64,000 nt of DNA from Verrucomicrobiaceae bacterium (GCA_051252135.1 JBPOGH010000002.1:128001-192000); one strand, 5' to 3'; positions 49,185 to 58,631 are shown, counted from the stretch's first letter. Made by a program: numbers and translations. The notes: a model not told the origin generated them from the sequence alone.

Positions 49185-50894
49185 CTATTCGGAGGGGGCA
49201 TCGCCGGCGCGTTGGGCGAGGGTGAGGCGGAGAGAGGCCATTTTCTTTTCCCAGTTGATGAGATCGGAGGTGGCCTGGGCTCGTTCGAATTTTTGGTAGA
49301 GGCGGATGATGGAGCGGATTTCGTCGATGAGGTCGATGCCTTGGGTGACGAGCTCCTGGTCCTCACGGGCGATGCGGCGGCTATCGCGGAAGGCGGCGAG
49401 GGAGTCGCGGTGGATTTCGTAGAAGGTTTTCAGTTCGCTTTCGGGGTTTTGCGAGCGGATGCCGGGAGGGGTGGCGGCGGGGGTGAGGATGCGGTGGAAC
49501 TCACGGGCGAACATTTTGGAAGAGAAGTAGGCGGGGCGTCGGCCGATGGCTTGCTGGAGGAGGGCGACGGAGGAGAGGTGGCGGGGGGAGGATTGGGCGG
49601 CGGCCTGGAGCCGGGTTTTGACGCTATCGTAGACGAGGGAGGCTCCGAGGTTTCCTTTGGAGGTGCGGCGGAGGGCGTCGGCGACTTCACGGAAGGAGGC
49701 GCTGGCTTTGCCGAGGGGTTGGGGGAGGACGCCATCGGCAAAGTAGACATCACGGGCCTGGTCGAAGGTGGAGCAGGCGATGATCTCGTATTGGAGGAGG
49801 AATTGGGGTTCTTCGAGGACGAGGAGGGCGTTGAGGTCATCGGCGAGGCTTGGCGGGACGAGGAGGCGGGTGCCGGGGGTGGGGCGGACGTTCCGGATGG
49901 CGTGGAGGAGGGGCCAGCAGTCGTGGGGGCGATCGAGTGAGCCATCGGCACGGAGGCGGGCGAAGAGGATGGTATTGGGGATGATCTGGCGTCCGGTGGA
50001 GGCGCTATCGAGCAACATGGCGAGGGGGGCGGCGATGTTTTCCTTGTTGGTGAGGGAGTAGGCGAGGCCGGAGGTATCGACATTGAGATCGTATCCGGTG
50101 GGGAGCGGGCGACCCTGGGTTTTGAAGAATTGGTAGATGGCGTCGTAGAGGGGATTAATGGACCTGTCCTGAACGTTGGGTTTGAAGCGGAGCCGGCCAT
50201 TGTTGGTCTTGGTGAGGACGACGGTGAGGGTCACGAGGCCGCGCCGGGTTTCGCCTTCTTTGGTGACGAGGGCGAGGGGGGATTGGGTGATGAAGCGGGT
50301 TTCGAGGAACTCTTTTTTCCCGGGAGGTTTTGGGGTGGGAGGTTTTGGGAGGTCGGGTGGTGGTGCGGGGGCGACATCGAAGGCGGCGAGGGGGGGGATG
50401 ACGCCGAGCCATCGGGCGGCTTCTCCGTCGAGGTCCCGGTTTTTGATGAGTTGGGGGTCTTTTTCGAAGGGGGCGAGGACGTCGAGGATGAGTTGGCCGA
50501 GTTGGTTGGCGGACTCATGGTTGGGCATTTCGATGAGCCAGGCGGCGGTGTTGAGGCATCGTTTGGCGGACTCGCTGCGATCCTTTCCGGTGGAGGTGGA
50601 GCGGTGGATGCCTTCCTCGAAGGTAGCTTCGAGTGCGCGGGCGCGGGGCTGGGAGGGGTCGAGGCGGAGGGCGAGGGTGAGGAGCTTGGAGCGGTGTCGA
50701 AATTCCTCTGCCGACCGAGGGGTTTTGGCATCGGCGGTGACGGCGAGGTCAGCGGCGAGTTGGGCGATGGCGTCGGCGTCGAGCGGGATGAGGTCACGGC
50801 GGATGAGGGGGTAGGACTCATCCGAGGGTTGATAGACGGGAGCGGCCGTCAGGAAGGACGACAGGAAGAGGCCGACGAGGAGGGCGCGGATCAC
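49185..50894 (-). CDS. Secreted hypothetical protein with a degenerate Lon/S16-like segment
   Basis: Signal peptide, helical N-terminus, Pro-rich linker, 'APLAMLLDSASTGRQIIPNTILFARLRADGSL...LLVP'. Confidence 0.7.
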   Translation of the reverse strand: MIRALLVGLFLSSFLTAAPVYQPSDESYPLIRRDLIPLDADAIAQLAADLAVTADAKTPRSAEEFRHRSKLLTLALRLDPSQPRARALEATFEEGIHRSTSTGKDRSESAKRCLNTAAWLIEMPNHESANQLGQLILDVLAPFEKDPQLIKNRDLDGEAARWLGVIPPLAAFDVAPAPPPDLPKPPTPKPPGKKEFLETRFITQSPLALVTKEGETRRGLVTLTVVLTKTNNGRLRFKPNVQDRSINPLYDAIYQFFKTQGRPLPTGYDLNVDTSGLAYSLTNKENIAAPLAMLLDSASTGRQIIPNTILFARLRADGSLDRPHDCWPLLHAIRNVRPTPGTRLLVPPSLADDLNALLVLEEPQFLLQYEIIACSTFDQARDVYFADGVLPQPLGKASASFREVADALRRTSKGNLGASLVYDSVKTRLQAAAQSSPRHLSSVALLQQAIGRRPAYFSSKMFAREFHRILTPAATPPGIRSQNPESELKTFYEIHRDSLAAFRDSRRIAREDQELVTQGIDLIDEIRSIIRLYQKFERAQATSDLINWEKKMASLRLTLAQRAGDAPSE

Positions 50895-50933
50895 GGGGGG
50901 ACGGTAGCCTTTCCGGGGTGATCTGACAATCGG

Positions 50934-51896
50934 TTAGGGAAGGGAGACGGTCTGGCGGATGAAGGGGCCGAAATCGGGAGGGAGGGAGAGGGTGACTTTT
51001 TCGAGTCCGTCATTGAGAGGGGTGACGGTGATGGCTTCCGGATCGGGGGAGAAGGGGGCGAGGGCGTTGAGGGGGCCGGTTTGAAAGCCGCGGTCGATTC
51101 CGGTGGCCATTTGGAGGCGCTGGAAGGTGAAGGTGAAGCCGGTGGGGGAGGTGGCGAGGGTCTGGAGGGGGAGGTCGTTTTGGTCGGTGGGATTGGTGCC
51201 GGAGGAGAACTCGAGGAGGTTGTTGGCGCCGTCGAGGTCGGGGTCTTGATGAGGGCCGTCATTTCCGGAGGGGAGGTTTTGGGAGGCGGCCCAGGTGGAG
51301 AAGTCGGTGCCGGTGGGGGCGGATTGGACGGAGTTGATGAGGGCGTTGACGGAGGTGGCGTTTGAGAATTGTTCGTTATGGATGATTTGCCATTGGGGGT
51401 GGCTGGGGGATCCGGCGAGGCCGTTGAGGACGATGAGTCGTCGTCGATCGACGATGGGCCAGGGGGTGGCGGGTGCGCCACGGTAGTAGCCGAGGAGTTC
51501 GCGGGGGGTGGTGCGGTTTGCGGAGCCGTCGATGCCGTAGAGGTTGTAGCCGTTGGTGTTGGCGATGTCTCTGGTGTCGGTGTCACTGGAGCCGCCGGAG
51601 ATTTCGGTGGAGAGGAGGAGGGAGACGACAGGGATGCCGTTGGCATTGGTTCCACCGTTGTTGTTGAAGTGCGTGGCAATGTTGGACCCAACTTGTCGCG
51701 CTTCGGCTTTACAGGTACTTCACCAAGGGGTGAGGAGCATGAGGATGACGATTTTTCCTTCGTAGTCGGAGAGGCTGGCGGGTTGGAGGTTTCCGCCGTT
51801 GAAGAGGGCGAAATCTTGATTCGAAGAGACGCCGGTGGGTGGCGTTTGGGCGGAGGCGAGGGAGGCGGCGCAGAGGAAGAGGAGGAGTTTTTTCAT
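50934..51896 (-). CDS. Probable selenoprotein: secreted thioredoxin/TlpA-like protein with UxxC motif (Sec59) and C-terminal tail; absent from ORF track
   Basis: ATG 51896 gives MKKLLLFLCAASLASAQ...SLSDYEGKIVILMLLTPW[TGA 51720-51722]STCKAE. The frame then stays open to TAA 50934-50936, 320 aa in total with the TGA as the only internal stop. Confidence 0.85.
51665..51722 (-). other. Candidate bacterial SECIS element
   Basis: After UGA: GAAG-C-GCG-A-CAA-GUUG [GGUC] CAAC-A-UUG-CCA-CGC-A-CUUC; apical loop starts with G and lies 31 nt after UGA. Confidence 0.7.
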
Positions 51897-51901
51897 CTGT
51901 G

Positions 51902-52948
51902 TTAGAAGGTGAGGGAGTAGGCGAGGCGGGCGGCGGTCCAGTCGCGATCGCGGTAGAGGTTGGCGAAGAAGTCGTTGGTGGGGTCGACGGGGTCGTAGTT
52001 ATTTTGGAAGAGGGAGAGGCTGGCGCGGATGGCGTGGTCGCCATTTTGGTAGAGGGCGGAGAGTCCGAGTTCGTAGCTGCGGAGGCCGGGGGCGGCGGTG
52101 TTGAAGCCGGAGTTCTCGATCTCGCCGGAGTCGTCATAAATGCGGCCGGAGAGAGCGAGGGACCAGTGTTCGTTGAGCTCGTAGTCGAGAGTGATGCCGG
52201 TGTAGACGGACTCGAAGGAGGGGTTTTCCTTACCGGCTCCGAATTGGGCGCGGAGGGTGAGTTGGTCGGAGGCGGCGAAATTCCAGGAGGACTGGAGGAG
52301 GATGCGGGGGTCGCGTTGTGAGATATCGCTGTAGGTGAGAGAGGTTTCGGTTTTGAGGCGCGGGTTGAGGGATTCTTCCCAGCGGAGGCGGACGTTGTAG
52401 GAGCTGAGGAGGTCGGCGGAGGAGGAGCCGAAGGTCCAGCCGGGGGCGATGGAATCGCGGCCGTAGGAGAGGTCGAGGCCGAGGGTGCTTTCGAGGCGGG
52501 GGTTCCAGACGAGGCCGGTGTTGAGAGCCCAGCCGCCGGGGTCTGGGGAGAGGTATCCGGAGCCGGGGAAGTTGAAGGTCTGGCGGTAGTATTCGGCGAT
52601 CCAGATGGAACGGTAGTCGGCGAAGCCATCGTAGGCGCGGAGGCCGAGGGAGAGATTGAGGTCCGGGGAAATTTGGTTTCCGAGGGAGAGGTTGGTTTGC
52701 CAGGTTTCCCCGGAGAGGGATCGCAGGGTGCCGCCGAGGGTGGGGACGGGTTGGTAGAGGAGGGAGTAGTCGGTGCGTCCGAAGCCGCCGGAGAAGGACC
52801 AGTCGCCTTGTTCGAGCTCGTAGAAGACGGAGCCGGTCCAGATGTCGATATCGCTGGAGTAGAGGCCTTCGAACTCGGTATCGAGGGATTGGGTGCCTTG
52901 AGAGAAGGCGGGGAGGGTGAGCAGGGAGAGCAGGGCGGGGAAGCGCAT
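51902..52948 (-). CDS. Outer-membrane beta-barrel protein (DUF3570-like)
   Basis: Signal peptide MRFPALLSLLTLPAFS; alternating aromatic amphipathic strands; C-terminal beta-signal 'RLAYSLTF'. Confidence 0.75.
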   Translation of the reverse strand: MRFPALLSLLTLPAFSQGTQSLDTEFEGLYSSDIDIWTGSVFYELEQGDWSFSGGFGRTDYSLLYQPVPTLGGTLRSLSGETWQTNLSLGNQISPDLNLSLGLRAYDGFADYRSIWIAEYYRQTFNFPGSGYLSPDPGGWALNTGLVWNPRLESTLGLDLSYGRDSIAPGWTFGSSSADLLSSYNVRLRWEESLNPRLKTETSLTYSDISQRDPRILLQSSWNFAASDQLTLRAQFGAGKENPSFESVYTGITLDYELNEHWSLALSGRIYDDSGEIENSGFNTAAPGLRSYELGLSALYQNGDHAIRASLSLFQNNYDPVDPTNDFFANLYRDRDWTAARLAYSLTF

Positions 52949-52961
52949 CGATCTGTCGGGC

Positions 52962-53168
52962 TTAGTGGCAGGAGGAGCATCCACCGGCGGCGGAGGCGTT
53001 GGTGTGGGAGCGGCCTTTTTCGACCTGTGAGGTGAGGGCGCAGTCGGCAGAGAGGGCGCCGGTTTGGCCGAATGACATGGCCGGGCGGGAGAGTTGGGCC
53101 TGATCGCTGAGGGCGATGGGGCTGCAGGCCGGGGCGAGTAAAAGTGGGAGGAGCGCGAGGAACTTCAT
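52962..53168 (-). CDS. Small lipoprotein, DUF4266-like, ending in GGCSSCH
   Basis: Lipobox LAPAC; 'LSRPAMSF'; C-terminal GG-CxxC; sits directly upstream of a beta-barrel as in DUF4266/DUF3570 clusters. Confidence 0.7.
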   Translation of the reverse strand: MKFLALLPLLLAPACSPIALSDQAQLSRPAMSFGQTGALSADCALTSQVEKGRSHTNASAAGGCSSCH

Positions 53169-53358
53169 GCGTGCGTGGGAGGTGGGAGTCCGGATGATGA
53201 AGCTTATTCCGGAAAAATGCGATGCCGGGATTTGGGTCTAGCCGGAATGATGGCTTTGTTAGAGGGCGTCGTGGGTTTGGAGGAATTGGGGCGGATTCCT
53301 GCTGGATGAAAATATCGGGAGCCTTGAGTTCTAACGGAAATCAGGTCATGGTCGCAAC

Positions 53359-53394
53359 GATCTGTTTCGATTGTCAGATCTGTTTCGATTTTCA
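53359..53394. repeat. 18-bp tandem direct repeat x2
   Basis: GATCTGTTTCGATTGTCA GATCTGTTTCGATTTTCA (17/18 identical) in a divergent intergenic region. Confidence 0.8.
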
Positions 53395-53414
53395 CCTTAC
53401 TTAGTTATTTAGCC

Positions 53415-55919
53415 ATGTCCCGTTCTCTATTGACTCGCGCTGTTCTTGCCACTGCGGTGGTTCCGTTTTTGATCACCAGTCAGGGTGCCTTTGGGCAGGT
53501 TGATGATTGGTTTTTTGACAAGGGGGTCACGTATCGTCAGAGCGCGGATAATACGCAGCCCACGGAGCCTCATGTTTGGAGTGTTGAGATCGGGGTGGCG
53601 ACCTTGAACCCCGGGGATGCCAGTTCCATCTCTGTTTCGGGAGGGGGAATCGTTGGGAGTCTTGCTCTTGAATTTTCAGACGGTGAGTGGGAGCTTTATG
53701 AGGAGTTTACCAGCGAGGCGGCGATGAATGGGACTTTCCCCAGTAGTGCATCCTACACCCTTACGTTGAGTGGCGGCACTCTTGGGACAATCACGCAGAG
53801 CTTCACTGTGGGGGCGGCGAGTTACCCCAATATTCCTTATCTCACCGGGATCGATTACAGTGCGAGCCAGAATGTTCAGGCTGCGTCGGGAAACACTTTT
53901 CATTGGAATGCTCCGGGAGCAAACGTAACGGGTCTTAGTCTGGAGGTCGAAGATCCGATCTCGGGTGGTGATGTGATCGAGTTCGAACACGAGAGTGCGC
54001 CATTTTCGACTTCGGAAACCATCTCCCCTGCGAATCTCAATTCCGGGTATGCCTATACTGGCTATCTCGTCTTTTTTAACACCAGCGAGGTCAGTGGAAG
54101 CGGCGGCTTTGGAGTTGAGGGTTATGTTGATCATACCAGCAGTCTTTCTTTTGATTTTCAAACTCTGCTCGCTTCGGCACCAGACGAGATTGTGGGGGCA
54201 TGGCAGTTTGGGGATGCGTCCGGGGAGGATTCGGGGTTGCTCGTATTTCAAGCGAACGGGACTTACTTCCATATTGAAGACCCTGCGCCGGGTTCGGATG
54301 GACAGGATGGGATGGAGATGGGGACTTATTCGTTGAGTGAGGCCGGAGGGCTCACGGTGAATGTGCTTGTGGATACGAACGGAGATATCGGGCTTTCCCA
54401 TCCGAATGGTTCCGATGTTTTTACGATCAGTGGCGATTCTCTCACGATCACTGATAATGATGAGTCATCGGTCCTGACACGGGTGGCATTTGATCCAGCT
54501 GATCCGATTGTGGGGGCGTGGCGTATCTGTGATAATGCGGGAGCGAATACGGGAGTTTTGGTTTTCTTGAATGATGGAAACTATTTCCATGCGGAGGTGA
54601 CCGATGGCGAATTCCCGAGTGGGATGGAGCGAGGAACCTACTCTTTGAACGAAGTGACAGGAGTGCTGACGGCTGCACCCGTCACCGATACCAATGGAGA
54701 GTCGGGACTTTCCGATCCCCTCATTGGTTACGACGAAGTGGCGATCACCGGGGTGGTTTCATTGAGGATTTCGGATGGGGAGGATTTCTTTCTTCACCGG
54801 GTGAGCAATGCTTCCGTGCTTCCCGATTGGCGGATCAACAAAGGCCGCACTTATACGCAGACCGTGGCTGACACGGCGCCAACTGCTACCAGATTTTGGG
54901 ATCTCTGGACTCTTGTGGAAACCCGCAATCCTTTGGATGCGGCAAACGTCACTATCAGTGGGGGCAACCTCGCGAGCCCGCGAGCATTGAATCATGAGGG
55001 AGAAGGCGAATGGACCTATGAGAAAGACTACGCCACACAAGCTGCTCTCAACGCGGAGTTTCCGGATGCTCAAAGCTACACGCTTATTGTCAGCGGTGGT
55101 GGATTGGGGACGCGGATTCAGACAATCAATATTGGGTCGGAGAACTTTCCTCCCGTTCCTTATCTTACGGGCACCAATTTCACAGACGCTCAAAATATCG
55201 ATTCATCCAGCGACTTCGACTTCATCTGGAATGCCCCTGAAAACTCAACCACCCAGCTTATTCTAACGAGCGAACCTGATGAAGAGGGCGTCGAGTATTT
55301 TGAACTTCGGGATTTTAGCGGAACCTCGACCGGAGTCACCGTAACCGGCGGTATCCTTTCTGCAGGGCTCAATGGATACGGTTATCTTGAGTTTTCCCGC
55401 AGCTCCGCGTCTGAGACCGGGTTGGGCGGTTTCGGTGTCAGCGGGTTCTCAGGTCGTCAGAGTATCACATCGGATTTCACCTTTGGGACTCTGGGAGGCG
55501 GGGTTGATTTCTCGGATGCTATTGGTACGTCCGGGCTCACGGGTGATGATGCCTTGCCTGAGGCGGTGCCGTTCAACGATGGGGTGTCCAATTTATTGAA
55601 GTTTGCTTTTGGAATGGATCTGACCTCTGCGGATAAGAGCAGTTTGACGCCGGGGACGGGGACTGCGGGGTTGCCGGTATTTGCGTTGGTTGATGACGGG
55701 GGCTCTCCGGTATTTGAACTGGAGTTCGTGCGTCGTATTGGCAGCGGGTTGCAGTATACGGCGCAGCGGTCGACTTCGCTCGATGGATTTTCAGATATGA
55801 CGGGGGCTGTGACGGTGACTCCGATCAATGGTGAGTTTGAGCGGGTGAAGGTCACCGAGCCGTGTGACCCGGCGGTTGTGCCGCGTTGTTTTGGGCGGGT
55901 GCTGGTGACGGCGCCCTAG
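53415..55919 (+). CDS. Large acidic secreted protein with A-B-B-A internal duplications and C-terminal tail
   Basis: Signal peptide; A repeats 'DWxxxKGxTYxQ...PxxPYLTG'; B repeats 'IVGAW...GxLVFxxxGxYFH...GMExGTYSL'. Confidence 0.85.
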   Translation: MSRSLLTRAVLATAVVPFLITSQGAFGQVDDWFFDKGVTYRQSADNTQPTEPHVWSVEIGVATLNPGDASSISVSGGGIVGSLALEFSDGEWELYEEFTSEAAMNGTFPSSASYTLTLSGGTLGTITQSFTVGAASYPNIPYLTGIDYSASQNVQAASGNTFHWNAPGANVTGLSLEVEDPISGGDVIEFEHESAPFSTSETISPANLNSGYAYTGYLVFFNTSEVSGSGGFGVEGYVDHTSSLSFDFQTLLASAPDEIVGAWQFGDASGEDSGLLVFQANGTYFHIEDPAPGSDGQDGMEMGTYSLSEAGGLTVNVLVDTNGDIGLSHPNGSDVFTISGDSLTITDNDESSVLTRVAFDPADPIVGAWRICDNAGANTGVLVFLNDGNYFHAEVTDGEFPSGMERGTYSLNEVTGVLTAAPVTDTNGESGLSDPLIGYDEVAITGVVSLRISDGEDFFLHRVSNASVLPDWRINKGRTYTQTVADTAPTATRFWDLWTLVETRNPLDAANVTISGGNLASPRALNHEGEGEWTYEKDYATQAALNAEFPDAQSYTLIVSGGGLGTRIQTINIGSENFPPVPYLTGTNFTDAQNIDSSSDFDFIWNAPENSTTQLILTSEPDEEGVEYFELRDFSGTSTGVTVTGGILSAGLNGYGYLEFSRSSASETGLGGFGVSGFSGRQSITSDFTFGTLGGGVDFSDAIGTSGLTGDDALPEAVPFNDGVSNLLKFAFGMDLTSADKSSLTPGTGTAGLPVFALVDDGGSPVFELEFVRRIGSGLQYTAQRSTSLDGFSDMTGAVTVTPINGEFERVKVTEPCDPAVVPRCFGRVLVTAP

Positions 55920-55949
55920 GTGGCGATTTGGAGAGAGCATGCGAAGGGA

Positions 55950-56012
55950 AGCGGCGGGGGCGCCGCGACTCCTTTACTTGGGCTCCGGTAGCGGGCGGGA
56001 CGCCCACTCTCC
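55950..56012. repeat. Two short REP-like GC palindromes between convergent genes
   Basis: AGCGGCGGGGGCGCCGCGACTCC and AGCGGGCGGGACGCCCACTCTCC share one layout. Confidence 0.45.
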
Positions 56013-58631
56013 TTAGTTGGCGACGATGTTGACGAGCTTGCCGGGGACGACGATGACTTTGCGGACGGTTTTTCCGTCGGTGTGGGTCTTGACGTTTTCC
56101 TCGGCGAGGGCGGTTTTTTCGGCGTCTTCTTTGGAGATGTCGGCGGGGACGTTGATGCGTGCGCGGAGCTTGCCGTTGACCTGGACGATGAGTTGGATCT
56201 CGGATTCTACGAGGAGGCTTTCATCGAGTTCGGGCCACTCCGCTTCGCTGAGTAAGTTTGAAGTGTTCAGTTTCAAGTTTGAAGTTGAGTCAGCGGCTTC
56301 GCCGGATTGGTGCAAGAGGCTATTAATTTCCTCGGCAATGTGAGGGGCGAAGGGGCTGAGGATCTTGAGGAAGGTGAGGAAGAGGTCCTTGGGGACTTCC
56401 TGGGCTGCGGTGTAGGCGTTAGTACACTCCATCATGGCGCTGATGGCGGTGTTGAAGCGGAGTGAGTTGATGGCTTCTTCGACGCGCTTGATGGTTTGGT
56501 GAGTCACCTTGGCGAGGTCGGCGTTTTGACCTTCGGTGATTTTTCCGCTGAGTTGCCATTGGCCTTCGGCGTCTTCCGAGCATGCGACGCGCCAGACTTT
56601 GGCGAGGAAGCGGTGGACGCCTTCGACGCCTTTCATGGCCCAGGGTTTGTCCTGGTCGAGAGGGCCCATGAACATTTCGTAGAGGCGGAGGGCGTCGGCG
56701 CCGTAGTTTTCGACGACGTCATCGGGGTTGACGACGTTGCCGAGGGACTTGGACATTTTCTGTCCGTCCTCGCCCATGATGAGGCCGGGGGCGAAGTATT
56801 TTTTGAAGGGCTCCTTGGACTTGAGGTGGCCGAGGTCGTTGAGGACTTTGTGCCAGAAGCGGGAGTAGAGGAGGTGGAGGACGGCGTGTTCTTTGCCGCC
56901 GACGTAGAAGTCGACGAAGCCGTCTTCGTTGCCCCAGTAGTCTTCGTTCTCGGGGGAGATGAAGTGGTCGGTGTTGTTGGGATCGCAGTAGCGGAGGTAA
57001 TACCAGCAGGAGCCGGCCCATTGGGGCATGGTGTTGGTCTCGCGCTGAAGTTTGTCGCTGTAGTTGATCCAGTCGGTGCAGTTGATGAGCGGGCCGCGGG
57101 GGTCGCCGGTGGGTTTGAAGTCCTCCATCTCGGGTTGGAGAAGGGGGAGTTCGGATTCGGGGACGGCGGAGTGTTGGCCGGTTTCCTTGTCCCAGAGGAG
57201 GGGGAAGGGTTCGCCCCAGTAGCGCTGGCGGGAGAAGAGCCAGTCGCGGAGTTTGAATTGGATTTTCTTTTCGCCTTTTCCTTCGGCCTCGAGCCACTGG
57301 ATGATCTTCTTTTTGGCGTCCTTGGTTTTGAGACCGTCGAGGAAGCCGGAGTTGATTGCGGTGCCGGGATCGGTGTAGCCCTGCCAGTCCTGATCGCCAT
57401 TGGGCTGAACGACTTGAAGGATAGGGAGGTCGAATTTCTCGGCGAACTCGAAGTCGCGGGAGTCGTGTGCGGGAACGGCCATGATGGCTCCGCTGCCGTA
57501 GCCCATCATGACGTAGTCGGCGATCCAGACGGGGATTTTTTCGCCGTTGACGGGGTTGGTGGCGAAGGCTCCGGTGGGGACGCCGGTTTTGTCCTTATCG
57601 AGGCCGCGCTCCATGTCGGACTTGGAGGCGCAGGCCTTGATGTAGGCTTCAACGGCCTCCTTGTTTTCGGGAGTGGTGATGGTTTCGACGAGGGAATGCT
57701 CCGGTGCGAGGACCATGTAGGTGGCACCGAAGAGGGTGTCGGGTCGGGTGGTGAAAACGGTAACTTGAAACGGGTTGTAGCCGCCCTCACCGGAATTGTC
57801 GGAGGCCTCTCCGGGGATGATTTCAAAGGTGACTTCGGCGCCTTCACTGCGGCCGATCCAGTTGCGCTGGAGGGCCTTGATGGACTCGGGCCAGTCGAGG
57901 GGCTCGAGCTCGTCGATGAGGCGTTGGGCGTATTTGGTGATGCGGAGCATCCACTGGCGGAGGGGTCGGCGCTCGACGGTTTCGCCTTTGGCTTTCCATT
58001 CTTCGATTTCCTCGTTGGCGAGGACGGTGCCCATACTTGGGGACCAGTTGACGGGGGCTTCGTGGATGAAGGCGAGGCGGACGTCATCGATTTGAGCCTG
58101 GGTCCATCCTTTGGCTTCGAGCTCGGAGACGGGTTTGGCTTTTTGATCTTCGTCGCAGAAGTAGGAGTTGTAGAGCTGGAGGAAGATCCACTGGGTCCAG
58201 CGGACGTATTTGGGGTCGGTGGTGTTGACCTCGCGGTCCCAGTCGTAGCCGAAGCCGAGTTCCTGGAGTTGGCGGCGGAAGTTGTTGACGTTGGCCTCGG
58301 TGGTGACGCGCGGGTGTTGGCCGGTCTTGATGGCGTATTGTTCGGCGGGGAGTCCGAAGGCGTCCCAACCCATGGGGTGGAGGACGTTGAAGCCGTTCAT
58401 GCGCTTGTAGCGGCCGACGATATCGGTGGCGGTGTAGCCCTCGGGGTGGCCGACGTGGAGGCCGGCGCCGGAGGGGTAAGGGAACATGTCGAGGATGTAG
58501 TATTTGGGCTTGGACGCATCGAAGCCTTCCTCACCGGGACCGGGGGTGCGGTAGGTTTTGTTCTCGGCCCAGTGGGATTGCCATTTGGGCTCGAAGAGGT
58601 CGAAGGGGTAAGGCTTGCGTTTCTCGGACAT
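56013..58631 (-). CDS. leuS: Leucine--tRNA ligase
   Basis: '[14 protein letters not shown]' HIGH motif, 'FTTRPDT' editing domain, 'KMSKS', C-terminal 'VQVNGKLR...VPGKLVNIV'; start MSEKRK at 58631. Confidence 0.97.
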   Translation of the reverse strand: MSEKRKPYPFDLFEPKWQSHWAENKTYRTPGPGEEGFDASKPKYYILDMFPYPSGAGLHVGHPEGYTATDIVGRYKRMNGFNVLHPMGWDAFGLPAEQYAIKTGQHPRVTTEANVNNFRRQLQELGFGYDWDREVNTTDPKYVRWTQWIFLQLYNSYFCDEDQKAKPVSELEAKGWTQAQIDDVRLAFIHEAPVNWSPSMGTVLANEEIEEWKAKGETVERRPLRQWMLRITKYAQRLIDELEPLDWPESIKALQRNWIGRSEGAEVTFEIIPGEASDNSGEGGYNPFQVTVFTTRPDTLFGATYMVLAPEHSLVETITTPENKEAVEAYIKACASKSDMERGLDKDKTGVPTGAFATNPVNGEKIPVWIADYVMMGYGSGAIMAVPAHDSRDFEFAEKFDLPILQVVQPNGDQDWQGYTDPGTAINSGFLDGLKTKDAKKKIIQWLEAEGKGEKKIQFKLRDWLFSRQRYWGEPFPLLWDKETGQHSAVPESELPLLQPEMEDFKPTGDPRGPLINCTDWINYSDKLQRETNTMPQWAGSCWYYLRYCDPNNTDHFISPENEDYWGNEDGFVDFYVGGKEHAVLHLLYSRFWHKVLNDLGHLKSKEPFKKYFAPGLIMGEDGQKMSKSLGNVVNPDDVVENYGADALRLYEMFMGPLDQDKPWAMKGVEGVHRFLAKVWRVACSEDAEGQWQLSGKITEGQNADLAKVTHQTIKRVEEAINSLRFNTAISAMMECTNAYTAAQEVPKDLFLTFLKILSPFAPHIAEEINSLLHQSGEAADSTSNLKLNTSNLLSEAEWPELDESLLVESEIQLIVQVNGKLRARINVPADISKEDAEKTALAEENVKTHTDGKTVRKVIVVPGKLVNIVAN

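Noticed and set aside
51720..51722. Reading the TGA as a nonsense mutation (pseudogene) or as Trp under genetic code 4
   Set aside because: It sits exactly at the catalytic Cys position with a SECIS-like hairpin and an intact downstream frame. Many other genes here end in TGA with ATGA coupling, so TGA is normally a stop.
50891..52980. Track ORFs 50891..51691 and 51709..52980 (Pro/Ser/Thr-rich)
   Set aside because: Off-frame shadows of the selenoprotein and barrel genes caused by C-rich codons
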